Shown here piece after piece: positions 37,401 to 45,559 of a DNA stretch of 64,000 nucleotides. A program made the translations under genes and the position numbers. Origin of the DNA: Candidatus Planktophila sp. (lineage in GTDB: Bacteria; Actinomycetota; Actinomycetes; Nanopelagicales; Nanopelagicaceae); NCBI GenBank assembly GCA_037624245.1, contig JASJJO010000004.1, positions 1,908 through 65,907 on the forward strand. Direction: 5' to 3'. Below the pieces are notes generated by a model, which did not search any database, was not told where the DNA came from, and saw only the letters and a program-made list of their open reading frames with translations. Numbering within the stretch: position 1 is the first letter of the stretch; the number at the start of each line of letters is the position of its first letter.

Positions 37401-38209
37401 CCTGTGCGAGCTTTCTTCACTACATCTTCATAAGCAAGCCAAAACTGCCCAAAATCTAACGCTTCGCAACCTTTAATTGATGGAACAAGAAGCTGGCGCG
37501 TTCCATCGGGCTTAGCTAAATCAATGGCGATACCCAAGTTGATATGTTCAGGTTTTCCAAGAGCGGGCTTTCCATCGAGCTCTCCAAAGAATGCATTCAT
37601 CTCTGGCATTGCACGAAGAGCTTTGATCATCGCGTAAGCAATGATGTGAGTAAATGAAACTTTTCCACCGCGTGTGCGCTTGAGGTGATTATTAATAACA
37701 ATGCGGTTATCGATCATCAATTTCGCAGGCATTGCACGAAGTGAAGTCGCAGTAGGAACTGTCAGTGATGCTTCCATGCTCTGCACAACGCGGGCTGATA
37801 CACCGCGTATTGGTTCAAGAGTTGAGGATGTAGGGACTGCAACAGTCGGAATCGGCTTCTCAATTGGTTGAGCCGGAGTTGCCGGAGTTGTCGAAAGGCT
37901 TCTTACGAGTGGTTGGGTTTCAACAACTTGCACCGGTTGTGGCGCAACTGGAGGCGCAACTGGAGGCGCAACAGGTGCAGCTGATTGGCTCATTGAAATA
38001 TTTGGAGCAGTCATTGCCTTTGGAATGGGAGGAGTTCCACCACGAGGCGCAGAAGATGTTTGCGCTACAGGCGCCGCCCCTGACTGCGGATTATTTTGAA
38101 AGTAGGTGATCCATTCAGCGGGAATTGATTGTGGGTCAGCTTGATATCGCTCAAACATTTCTTCAACGAGCCAATCATTTGCGCCGAAGTCTTGACCTGA
38201 TTGCGACAC
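34490..38209 (-). CDS. kgd: Multifunctional 2-oxoglutarate decarboxylase/dehydrogenase (E1o with a succinyltransferase-like domain)
   Basis: 1239 aa. Pro/Ala linker (VAPPVAPPVAP), E2-like acyltransferase domain (YDHRVIQGA), ThDP motifs (GDASFAGQG, NN). GTG start with an AAAGGAG SD. Confidence 0.95.
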   Translation of the reverse strand: MSQSGQDFGANDWLVEEMFERYQADPQSIPAEWITYFQNNPQSGAAPVAQTSSAPRGGTPPIPKAMTAPNISMSQSAAPVAPPVAPPVAPQPVQVVETQPLVRSLSTTPATPAQPIEKPIPTVAVPTSSTLEPIRGVSARVVQSMEASLTVPTATSLRAMPAKLMIDNRIVINNHLKRTRGGKVSFTHIIAYAMIKALRAMPEMNAFFGELDGKPALGKPEHINLGIAIDLAKPDGTRQLLVPSIKGCEALDFGQFWLAYEDVVKKARTGALTVEDYAGTTVSLTNPGTIGTVHSVPRLVQGQGLIIGVGAMDYPAEFQGASQEMLARMAISKVITLTSTYDHRVIQGAQSGDFLRRIHQLLLGEENFYSEIFTALRIPYEPIHWAVDFAVTKEEEIDKTARVQQLIHAYRTWGHLMADIDPLVYVQRTHPDLDVVTHGLTLWDLDREFATGGFGGKSFLPLRKILGILRDSYCRSVGIEYMHISVPAERIWIQEHIEIGIPLTPREEQLRILRKLNSAEAFESFLQTKFVGQKRFSLEGGESVIPLTDAIVSAAAESGLDEVCIGMPHRGRLNMLANIAGKSVGQIFQEFQGHYKENEIQGSGDVKYHLGTHGVFIAESGATTNIYLAANPSHLEAVNPVLEGIVRAKQDRLNTKGAYSVLPILLHGDASFAGQGVNAETLQLSQLPGYRTGGTIHVVVNNQVGFTTSPDASRSSRYSTDIAKLIESPVFHVNGDDPEACVRIARLAFDYRQKFNKDVVIDMVCYRRRGHNEGDEPSFTQPLMYKLIDSKRSTRTLYTEALVGRGDITPAQADEIARDYQAQLEDVYASVANYQDERDPNFIPSIVPNAEDVPTFISEQLVREIAATQVAIPEGFNVHPKLLPQLQKRAESINDATIDWSTGEMLAFGSLLKEGRPIRLAGQDSRRGTFSNRHAVIIDKENGSEWIPLRSLISDENQFFIIDSLLSEYAAMGFEYGYSVVREDALVLWEGQFGDFANGAQIIIDEFVSSALQKWGERSSVVLLLPHGYEGQGPDHSSARIERFLALCAEKNMTVAQPSTPASYFHLLRFHAANPKRRPMVVFTPKSMLRLKAAASSISDFTSGTFLPVIGDTTVTNASRVIFCSGKIYHDLVAERARLNDSSTAIVRVERLYPLPVAQMEVEAKKHPKANLLWVQDEPANQGSWPHVALSTTEVIGGTAVDARVLRRVSRRAAASPATGNHHLHEDEAKALLIEAFMR

Positions 38210-38371
38210 TGAAGCGCTCCTTTGCGTGAACAGAGTTTTTCACCTACTGAGAAGGCTAAGACTATCGGCTGAGAGCGCACCGAATAAATGAAAGAGAGGG
38301 GTCTGAGATGGCGAGATTGACCACACATGATTGAGCACGCAAGGAGGGCCATTTCTTGAGAGAGTAGGCCT

Positions 38372-39103
38372 ATGCAGATTGAGAGCCGCCCCCTGGCCAT
38401 CGTCACTGGTGGAAGCCGTGGTCTTGGCTTTGAAACAGCTAAAGCGCTGGCCGCACGTGGCTTTGATTTAGCCCTGATTGCCAAAGATGGAGATCGCCTT
38501 GAGAAGGCAGCGCAATCTCTGCGCCAAGGCGGCCAGGTTCAGGTTTCAACTTTCTCTTGCGACCTCGAAGATTCAGCACTAGTTCAACAACTGATTGACT
38601 CAATAAATCAAACACTTGCCACTCCACACCTACTCCTCCTTGCTCATGGTGTGATGAGCGAGAAGATGTCAAAGACTCTCAAGACTACATATGAAGAATG
38701 GCGTCGTGTTATGGCGATAAATTTAGATTCAGTCTTCCAACTTGTAAACGGAATCGTTCCTGCAATGGTTGAAGCTCGCAATGGGCGCGTTGTGATCTTC
38801 TCTGCCTGTTTAGGTCGAATGTCAGGGCCAGGAAATGCTGGAGGACTTGCTCCATATCGAATTAGTAAAGCTGGCGTGAACGCACTTGTTCGAAACCTTG
38901 CGCATGAAACAGGGCTTGGCGCTCGTGGAATTCTCGTTGATGCAACCTGCCCCAATCACTCGCGCACAGATATGGGTGGAGCCGATGCTCCGCGCTCTGC
39001 GCAAGAAGGGTCAGCTACTGCAATTTGGTTGGCAACTCGAACATTTAATCCCGGTGATGTAACTGGCGTTCTTTGGGAAGATGAGCGGATAGTTCCTTGG
39101 TGA
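38372..39103 (+). CDS. SDR family oxidoreductase
   Basis: 243 aa. TGGSRGLG cofactor loop and YRISKAG (YxxxK) catalytic motif. Confidence 0.85.
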   Translation: MQIESRPLAIVTGGSRGLGFETAKALAARGFDLALIAKDGDRLEKAAQSLRQGGQVQVSTFSCDLEDSALVQQLIDSINQTLATPHLLLLAHGVMSEKMSKTLKTTYEEWRRVMAINLDSVFQLVNGIVPAMVEARNGRVVIFSACLGRMSGPGNAGGLAPYRISKAGVNALVRNLAHETGLGARGILVDATCPNHSRTDMGGADAPRSAQEGSATAIWLATRTFNPGDVTGVLWEDERIVPW

Positions 39104-39112
39104 TGCTTATCC

Positions 39113-39148
39113 GCATCAAAGTTAGCCCTTGATGCATAAACGCATCAA
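39113..39148. terminator. Hairpin set between the convergent SDR and membrane-protein genes
   Basis: GCATCAA (39113-39119), TTGATGC (39129-39135) and GCATCAA (39142-39148) can form either of two alternative 7-bp hairpins. There are no strong T-tracts. Confidence 0.3.
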
Positions 39149-39540
39149 GAGTTCTCTTGGCTAGCAATAGAAAAAGCAAAATATAAAGTTGGAAGAGCAA
39201 GAATGAGAATGATTACCGCGCCAATATAGAAAGCGCCTTGTATTTGATAGTAGGCAACTCCTAGCGCAATCAGATTAGCCAAGATTGCAGGAGATCTTCC
39301 GTAGTTCTTTCCTCGCGCATATCCGCGACCGGCGGCCATCAGCCCCAGCGCACCAAGAAGTGCAAAGACAATAACTCCAATGAGTGGAGCCATCTCTTTC
39401 TCTTCATGGGTGAAACCCAGAACCAGGAGCCATGCTGCTAGGGAAAACAGAATGCCAGCCTCAATATAGAGAAGGGTTGCCACGATAGAACGTTGCGGTG
39501 AACTCTTGGGAGTATGTGAGTTGGAAGAAACTCTGGCCAT
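39145..39540 (-). CDS. Hypothetical membrane protein (about 4 TM)
   Basis: 131-aa hydrophobic ORF. Its start region overlaps the start region of the divergent GGDEF-like ORF, so one of the two starts is probably internal (for example GTG at Val21). Confidence 0.45.
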   Translation of the reverse strand: MARVSSNSHTPKSSPQRSIVATLLYIEAGILFSLAAWLLVLGFTHEEKEMAPLIGVIVFALLGALGLMAAGRGYARGKNYGRSPAILANLIALGVAYYQIQGAFYIGAVIILILALPTLYFAFSIASQENS

Positions 39541-40021
39541 GGAAGGGACTTTAGCAGTGAATTTCTCACATGATGGGCTCCGAGATTCATTGACGCACTT
39601 AGCTGCGCCGCCGTACTTCTACGAAAATTTAAGGAGAGATATAGCTACGGCAGAGCGCAACAAGAGTCGACTCTCGCTTATTCGATTTCAATTATTTAGC
39701 TCTGTAAATATTGACCCTGAAAAAATTGAAATTCGAGATGAATCACAGTACGAAGTTGCAATTCTCTCCTTTGCTGAGCTACTTAAAAGTCTGATTCGTT
39801 CTGAGGATCTCTGTGCACGGCTTGGGCGAATGGAATTCACACTCATACTCAAAGCTCCACTAGAGGTAGCCAATTCACTCTCTTCTCGCGTCCTTCATTC
39901 ATGGCAGAGCTCAGAGTTCGAATGTAAATCATCTCTCATTCTAGTTAAAGCAGGTGAGAGCTCTCTCGAAATACTCAATCGTTTAGATAACCAAGAGTTA
40001 CGAGCTGCCACCCCAAGTTAA
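39506..40021 (+). CDS. Stand-alone degenerate GGDEF-domain protein (GRMEF; I-site RxxD retained)
   Basis: DSLTHL...NLRRDI, LSLIRFQL (replacing the DxD metal site), EVAILSFAELL, RSED-LCARL-GRMEF-TLIL. RxxD lies exactly 5 residues before the degenerate GG(D/E)EF, as in PleD (RAID-LPCRY-GGEEF). The start could be TTG 39506, ATG 39539 or GTG 39557. Confidence 0.6.
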   Translation: MGVCELEETLAMEGTLAVNFSHDGLRDSLTHLAAPPYFYENLRRDIATAERNKSRLSLIRFQLFSSVNIDPEKIEIRDESQYEVAILSFAELLKSLIRSEDLCARLGRMEFTLILKAPLEVANSLSSRVLHSWQSSEFECKSSLILVKAGESSLEILNRLDNQELRAATPS

Positions 40022-40094
40022 AGAGATCAAAGGCTATCCACAGGTTACCGATAATGCCTTAAGAAAATGTCAGTCAGCCCCTAACTTCTGCGCC

Positions 40095-41087
40095 ATGGAG
40101 ATGATGGATCCCAACGTTGTATTCGGGCCGATTGCCGATTTAATCTCTGATACCTCCATTGAGGAAATTTGGATTAACTCACCGGAAAGAATTTTTATCG
40201 CTCAAGCTGGAAAGAGCCAACTTATTAACCGTGTATTAACAACGGATGAAGTCAAGCAGTTAGTAGATCGCGCGCTCATCTGGAGCGGGCGGCGGCTCGA
40301 TCTTTCTCAGCCATTTGTAGATGCACGCCTACCTGATGGCAGCCGCTTGCATGTAGTTATACCTGAAGTCACTGCAGAGCATTGGGCAGTCAATATCCGT
40401 AAACATTTACTCAAACAAAAATCATTACATGATTTAGCTCAGATGGGCGTGATGACTGAGCTGATTGCCGACGAGCTATCAAGGGCAGTTGCAGCGGGGC
40501 TCAATATTCTTGTTAGCGGTGGAACTCAGGCTGGGAAAACAACTCTTCTCAACTCGCTTATCTCAGAAATTCCGCTCAGTGAGCGAGTAATCACCATCGA
40601 AGAGGTTTTTGAGTTACAGCCTCGTTTCCCAGACCTCATTCAGATGCAAACTCGCGGCCCCAATCTCCAAGGGGATGGCGCAATCTCATTACGTAAACTA
40701 ATAAAGGAAGCTCTCCGGATGCGGCCTTCACGACTTGTCGTAGGAGAGGTGCGAGAGGCTGAAGCGTTGGATTTACTTCTAGCGCTAAATTCTGGTCTAC
40801 CTGGAATGGGTACAGTGCACGCCAACTCAGCTCGCGATGCATTAATAAAGTTACAGACTCTCCCACTATTAGCTGGAGAAAATATTTCACATAAATTTAT
40901 TGCGCCAACTGTAGCCTCTGCAATTGATTTAATAATTCAAGTTTCATTACATGCGGATGGATCAAGAAGGCTTATTGAAGTTGCCCACGTTACCGGGCGA
41001 TATGAGAATGACCGCGCAGAGGTTGAGACAATATGGCGTTGGAATGGCCAAGCTTATGAAAGAGGGCTTGGGGCAATCGTATGCTGA
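40095..41087 (+). CDS. tadA: Tad pilus secretion ATPase (CpaF/TadA family, short form)
   Basis: 330 aa. Walker A VSGGTQAGKTTLLNSL, Walker B RLVVGEVR, His box GTVHANSA. Confidence 0.9.
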   Translation: MEMMDPNVVFGPIADLISDTSIEEIWINSPERIFIAQAGKSQLINRVLTTDEVKQLVDRALIWSGRRLDLSQPFVDARLPDGSRLHVVIPEVTAEHWAVNIRKHLLKQKSLHDLAQMGVMTELIADELSRAVAAGLNILVSGGTQAGKTTLLNSLISEIPLSERVITIEEVFELQPRFPDLIQMQTRGPNLQGDGAISLRKLIKEALRMRPSRLVVGEVREAEALDLLLALNSGLPGMGTVHANSARDALIKLQTLPLLAGENISHKFIAPTVASAIDLIIQVSLHADGSRRLIEVAHVTGRYENDRAEVETIWRWNGQAYERGLGAIVC

Positions 41088-41872
41088 CAGCTACAAAACT
41101 TCGCTTGCCCAAGGGTTCTCCCTCTCCCAGTAGGTCAATCTTTCTTACCAAGACATTATTGCCAGTGCCCGCAATGTTGTGTGGTTTTCTCATCGCATTT
41201 CTCTTTTCTCAATCCCTCTCTATCGCGATTGCCTTCGGAGCTTTCATTGGAATTTTCTCCACTATCGCGCAAAAGAGGAATGAGAGTAAAAAGACGCTAG
41301 CGATTCAAAGCGCCTGCCCAGAAATGATTGACCTACTTATCTCAGGAGTTCAGTCAGGACTGTCTATCAATGAATCCCTAGCGAATTTAGCTGAACGTGG
41401 CCCAGAAGTATTAAGGCCGTACTTCCACACTTTTCGCGAAAATCTATATGCACGAGGAGATTTCCGGCAGGCTTTAGTTGATATCAAGGAGAGTTTGGCA
41501 GAACCACAAATCGATCAGATTGTGGAAGCTCTGCTTATTTCAAAGGAGTTAGGGGGCGCCGAGTTACTTAATATTTTAAGACTTTTAGGAAATTTTATTC
41601 GCGAGGATCTCACATTGCGAAGAGAGATTGCAATTAAACACAGTTGGATAAAGAATTCGGCACACCTATCAGCTGCCGCCCCGTGGTTACTACTCCTCTT
41701 ACTCTCAACTCAACCTGCAACAGCACAAGCTTTCTCAACCTCAACAGGGGCAGGAATTCTCGCCACTGGTCTAGGAATGACCGCGATCGCCTATCTGTGG
41801 ATGAACCGATTAAGTCGCCTTCCACAAGGAAATCGAATCTTTACAGAGAGTAAAGCGCGTGAGCGAGCATGA
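41081..41872 (+). CDS. tadB: Type II secretion system F-family platform protein (TadB-like)
   Basis: 263 aa. A T2SSF-like helical domain flanked by TM helices. Overlaps tadA by 7 nt. Confidence 0.75.
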   Translation: MLTATKLRLPKGSPSPSRSIFLTKTLLPVPAMLCGFLIAFLFSQSLSIAIAFGAFIGIFSTIAQKRNESKKTLAIQSACPEMIDLLISGVQSGLSINESLANLAERGPEVLRPYFHTFRENLYARGDFRQALVDIKESLAEPQIDQIVEALLISKELGGAELLNILRLLGNFIREDLTLRREIAIKHSWIKNSAHLSAAAPWLLLLLLSTQPATAQAFSTSTGAGILATGLGMTAIAYLWMNRLSRLPQGNRIFTESKARERA

Positions 41873-42666
41873 GAAATTTAGCGATTATCACTCTTTTCTT
41901 TTTGATTCCAATGTTTGCACTCCTTAATGAAGATATCTCCTGGGAGCGCTTAAGTATCAATTTGATTCGTAAGACAAATGATAAAACTTCAGTGAGAGGT
42001 AAACTCATCGAGCTAGGTATTAGCGCTGAAGGTGATTATGAAAATTTTCGATATAAGCAAATAATTCTGATTTTTATATCGACATGCGCAGTCATATTGC
42101 TCGGACTCTTTAAATACTTTTCCTTCATCGCCGTAGCATCCTTATCATTAGCTGTAGGGGTCTTCATTCTTTATCTCACCGAACAGAAACTTAATAGGCA
42201 AGTTAAAGAGCACCGAAACCGTATTGAGTCAGATTTCCCAACGATTGTAGAGGTGCTCACCTTGGCACTTTCTGCAGGAGAAACGCCATTGACTTCCATG
42301 CAGAGAATTGCAAATAGTGGAAGTGGTTCCCTTGCATATGAATTTTCGAGGGTGATTCAAGAAGTTTCGGATGGTCAAACATTCACATATTCCCTTGATG
42401 CCATGGGTCGCAGGGTCAACTCCTTAGCAATCCGTAGATTTGTAGATTCAGTTGTTATCGCGATAACACGTGGCGCACCACTTATCGATGTTCTCCATAG
42501 CCACGCCCGCGAAGCTCGAGATATTCAGAGAAATAACGTTCTTGCAGCAGCGGGGAAAGCAGAGCTCTCCATGATGGTGCCAGTTGTATTTCTCATTCTT
42601 CCAATCTCAATTCTCTTCGCTCTTTGGCCATCAATCGCCAATCTCAACCTCTTTGCCAATGGCTGA
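41869..42666 (+). CDS. tadC: Type II secretion system F-family platform protein (TadC-like)
   Basis: 265 aa. N-terminal TM helices, central T2SSF-like domain, C-terminal TM pair. 4-nt overlap with tadB. Confidence 0.75.
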   Translation: MRNLAIITLFFLIPMFALLNEDISWERLSINLIRKTNDKTSVRGKLIELGISAEGDYENFRYKQIILIFISTCAVILLGLFKYFSFIAVASLSLAVGVFILYLTEQKLNRQVKEHRNRIESDFPTIVEVLTLALSAGETPLTSMQRIANSGSGSLAYEFSRVIQEVSDGQTFTYSLDAMGRRVNSLAIRRFVDSVVIAITRGAPLIDVLHSHAREARDIQRNNVLAAAGKAELSMMVPVVFLILPISILFALWPSIANLNLFANG

Positions 42667-42714
42667 ATTTCCTATATATCTAAAACCATCAACCACAATA
42701 GAAAGAAGGAGAAA

Positions 42715-42984
42715 ATGCGAATACGAGAAATAAATGTAATGAACGCGAGTGAAATTGTGCAGGGCAGATTTATAGAGTGGGGTTCACACATACTTCTCAG
42801 AGCTGCCCAATTCAGGAGAAGTCGTTTCTATAAGGCGCTCAGCGACGATCGCGGAGATGTGCCTGGATGGGTACTTGTAGTGCTCATGACAACAGGGCTT
42901 GTAACAGCCATTTGGACGATTGCAGCACCGCGCCTATCAGCGATTCTCAAGAACTCACTTGATGCCATGAATGGGATTCGTTAA
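42715..42984 (+). CDS. Putative Flp-type pilin (actinobacterial DUF4244-like) with a long basic leader
   Basis: 89 aa with a strong GAAGGAG SD. DDRGDVPGWVLVVLMTTGLVTAIWTIAAP has a G-rich junction followed by a hydrophobic helix, at the pilin position of Gram-positive tad loci. Confidence 0.55.
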   Translation: MRIREINVMNASEIVQGRFIEWGSHILLRAAQFRRSRFYKALSDDRGDVPGWVLVVLMTTGLVTAIWTIAAPRLSAILKNSLDAMNGIR

Positions 42985-43350
42985 TTGCTGCTTGGAATCA
43001 TTAAAAGATTTTTGAGTAATCAGAAGGGGAGTGTCGAGAGTTCACTAGTTCTGATTCCGCTCTTGACTCTTTTTCTTATTACCTCGCAGATTGCGATTGC
43101 TATCCATGGAAGAAATATGGAGAAGATGCTCGCCCAAAGTACAGCTTCAATGAATGGAGTTACTGGACAATTTGCTGATTCTGATACCTATCTACATATC
43201 TATTCTCCAGATCCCAATCAAAATTTAGACCTTGTTATTAGCCATAGAGAGAAAGAGGTTATCCAAATAGCTCCAGGGCTCTCAAAAATCTTCAACTCTC
43301 GACTGAGATCTGAGGTATCGGGAATTGCTGTTGTTGAGAACCGGCGATGA
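42985..43350 (+). CDS. TadE-like pseudopilin
   Basis: 121 aa. The N-terminal GSVESSLVLIPLLTLFLITSQIAI matches the TadE N-terminal motif. Confidence 0.7.
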   Translation: MLLGIIKRFLSNQKGSVESSLVLIPLLTLFLITSQIAIAIHGRNMEKMLAQSTASMNGVTGQFADSDTYLHIYSPDPNQNLDLVISHREKEVIQIAPGLSKIFNSRLRSEVSGIAVVENRR

Positions 43351-43754
43351 TTCGTAAGTTTTTGAGGAATGAGAGCGGTAGCGCCTCTGTTGAGTTTGCA
43401 CTCCTTGCCATCCCTCTCTTCATCCCTCTTTTCATTTTCCTTAATTCCTACGCTTCTCACAGCGATAGCCAAGAATCTTTAAGGACGCTGGCACGCGAAG
43501 CTGCGCGAGGTTTCGTTTTAAGCAGTAGCGATAAGGTTGCATTTGCTGTTGCAGAACAGATTGTTGTTCAAGGGGGATTACTCCTTGGTTATCCAGGCCC
43601 AGCTTCACAATCCGGTATAACTATTGGTATTCAATGTAGTGCTCGCCCCTGTATTTCACCTGACTCGCAAATCACGATTTCTCTCTCGACCACTCTTTCG
43701 AATTCTCAAATAGTTAAAGTTGCGGCAATTGAATATGTATCACCATGGGCATAG
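43347..43754 (+). CDS. TadE/TadF-like pseudopilin
   Basis: 135 aa. ESGSASVEFALLAIPLFIPLFIFL TadE motif. Confidence 0.7.
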   Translation: MIRKFLRNESGSASVEFALLAIPLFIPLFIFLNSYASHSDSQESLRTLAREAARGFVLSSSDKVAFAVAEQIVVQGGLLLGYPGPASQSGITIGIQCSARPCISPDSQITISLSTTLSNSQIVKVAAIEYVSPWA

Positions 43755-44311
43755 TTAAAAATCTTGTGGAGAAATTCCAGAGATTTCTTTGTGATGAACG
43801 TGGGTCTCTATCACTGCTCATTATGAGCCTCTTTATGACTATTGTTATTACGCTCTTAATCTTGACTGACATTTCATCTATCTACTTCGCAAAACGTGCG
43901 CTTACACAAGCAACGGAGGCTGCAGCGCAACGAGGAGTCAGAAATTTAGATCTTGAGGCGTATTACAGAGGTGAATACAACGCATCACGTTTAGCTCTTA
44001 ATCTTCTAGGCAACAGTGAAGTCGATCCCGGGATTCCAATCGATTGCGCAAAGGGAAGTCGGGATGCCTTCGACACACTAAAGAATTGGGGTAACGCGCA
44101 GGTTTTTATTAGCAGAGGTAACTTGGGAGCAATAGCAATCGATGAAATTCAATGTGATGGCTATCAGCTTTCGATTCGGACGTCCTCGATGGCGACCCTT
44201 CCCTTCGTTCTCCCATTTATCGGTTTGGGGAAGGTGCGTATATCAGCGCAGGTGGGAATTTATGATGAGAGAAAAGTTACTACTAATTATTACGGGCTAA
44301 ATCTGGGTTAG
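43745..44311 (+). CDS. TadG-like (Tad_N) pilus assembly protein
   Basis: 188 aa. DERGSLSLLIMSLFMTIVITLLILTDISSIYFAKRALTQATEAAA resembles the Flp pilus-assembly TadG N-terminal domain. Confidence 0.65.
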   Translation: MGIVKNLVEKFQRFLCDERGSLSLLIMSLFMTIVITLLILTDISSIYFAKRALTQATEAAAQRGVRNLDLEAYYRGEYNASRLALNLLGNSEVDPGIPIDCAKGSRDAFDTLKNWGNAQVFISRGNLGAIAIDEIQCDGYQLSIRTSSMATLPFVLPFIGLGKVRISAQVGIYDERKVTTNYYGLNLG

Positions 44312-44331
44312 TAACTCGCTATCCTTGACCT

Positions 44332-45435
44332 ATGGCTCGCGAATATAACCTCGAAATCACTGAGATTGGCGCGACCCTTACCTCAATTGAAAAAGTCTTA
44401 GACCTTCCCAAACTTGAAGCAGAAGCAGTCGAACTTGAAGCAGCTGCAGGGGTTCCGAATTTATGGGATGACCCTGAAAAGGCGCAGGCTGTAACAAGTA
44501 AGTTATCTCGAGTCCAAGCAACGATATCCCGCCTTAAAGGCTTGCGACGTCGCGTCGGTGATCTGCCAGTGCTCTTTGAATTAGCCGCAGATGAACCAGA
44601 TGGTTCGGGCCTTGCTGATGCTGAAGCTGAATTAGATTCTGCAAAGAAGGCGATCGGCGAACTTGAAGTAACAACGCTTCTTAATGGCGAGTATGACGAT
44701 CGTGATGCTCTGATCACTATTCGCTCAGAAGCCGGTGGAGTTGAGGCAGCGGATTGGGCAGAAATGTTGATGCGCATGTATCTGCGCTACTGCGAGCGCC
44801 ATGAATATAAGGTCGACGTTCTTGAAACGTCATATGCAGAAGAAGCCGGAATCAAATCAACGACATTTAGAGTTACAGCTCCTTACGCGTATGGAACCCT
44901 TTCGGTAGAACAAGGTACACATCGCCTTGTTCGTATCTCGCCATTTGATTCACAGTCGCGACGACACACTTCTTTTGCGGGCGTTGAAATTGTTCCCGTT
45001 GTTGAACAGAGTGATCACATAGAACTTGATGAGAAAGAGATTCGCGTAGATGTCTATCGCTCATCTGGTCCTGGCGGACAAGGAGTGAATACAACTGACT
45101 CTGCAGTGCGCCTCACGCACATACCAACAGGCATTGTTGTTTCTTGCCAAAATGAACGTTCGCAGATTCAAAATAAGGCAACCGCAATGGCAGTTTTACA
45201 ATCGAAACTATTAGAACGCCGCCGCCAAGAAGAACTGGCAAGGATGAATGCTCTCAAAGGTGATAATTCTGGATCGTGGGGAAATCAGATGCGCAGCTAT
45301 GTGCTAGCTCCGTATCAAATGGTGAAAGATCTTCGAAATAACCATGAAACTGGCAATACGTCGGCGGTACTAAATGGTGAAATCGATGATTTCATCGAGG
45401 CTGGCATTCGCTGGCGACGTAGCACTGCCCAGTAA
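44332..45435 (+). CDS. prfB: Peptide chain release factor 2 (uninterrupted, no programmed frameshift)
   Basis: 367 aa. SPF and GGQ motifs ([17 protein letters not shown]) in a single continuous ORF. Confidence 0.95.
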   Translation: MAREYNLEITEIGATLTSIEKVLDLPKLEAEAVELEAAAGVPNLWDDPEKAQAVTSKLSRVQATISRLKGLRRRVGDLPVLFELAADEPDGSGLADAEAELDSAKKAIGELEVTTLLNGEYDDRDALITIRSEAGGVEAADWAEMLMRMYLRYCERHEYKVDVLETSYAEEAGIKSTTFRVTAPYAYGTLSVEQGTHRLVRISPFDSQSRRHTSFAGVEIVPVVEQSDHIELDEKEIRVDVYRSSGPGGQGVNTTDSAVRLTHIPTGIVVSCQNERSQIQNKATAMAVLQSKLLERRRQEELARMNALKGDNSGSWGNQMRSYVLAPYQMVKDLRNNHETGNTSAVLNGEIDDFIEAGIRWRRSTAQ

Positions 45436-45559
45436 CCCGCCTGTGAGTTGCCTTAAGTAGGGCGAATCAACCAAGAATTGAGCGCTGACCTCCATAAACT
45501 AGGGTCAGGTCTCAAATGAGCACGCAGAAAATGAGCACACGTTTTAATAGGGAGCAGTT

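Noticed and set aside
37942-37975. A 12-nt tandem repeat (GCGCAACTGGAG x2 plus a partial copy) that could superficially look like a repeat array.
   Set aside because: It is in-frame within kgd and encodes the VAPPVAPPVAP inter-domain linker. There are no spacers, so this is not a CRISPR array or a mobile repeat.
44319-44777. A 152-aa minus-strand ORF antisense to prfB. Similar long antisense or alternate-frame ORFs include 1005-1442, 3172-3594, 26932-27366, 29071-29463, 30372-30740, 38065-38484, 46740-47120, 51600-51983, 58347-58832 and 62993-63358.
   Set aside because: Each lies entirely within, or mostly within, a confidently identified gene. Their translations are low-complexity (Ser/Arg/Ala/Pro-rich) with no motifs and they lack SDs. 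This is the typical shadow-ORF pattern opposite codon-biased genes.
44332-45435. A programmed +1 frameshift site in prfB.
   Set aside because: The RF2 ORF is continuous from the MAREYNLE N-terminus through the SPF and GGQ motifs. It has no in-frame TGA and no split ORF, consistent with frameshift-less prfB in actinobacteria.
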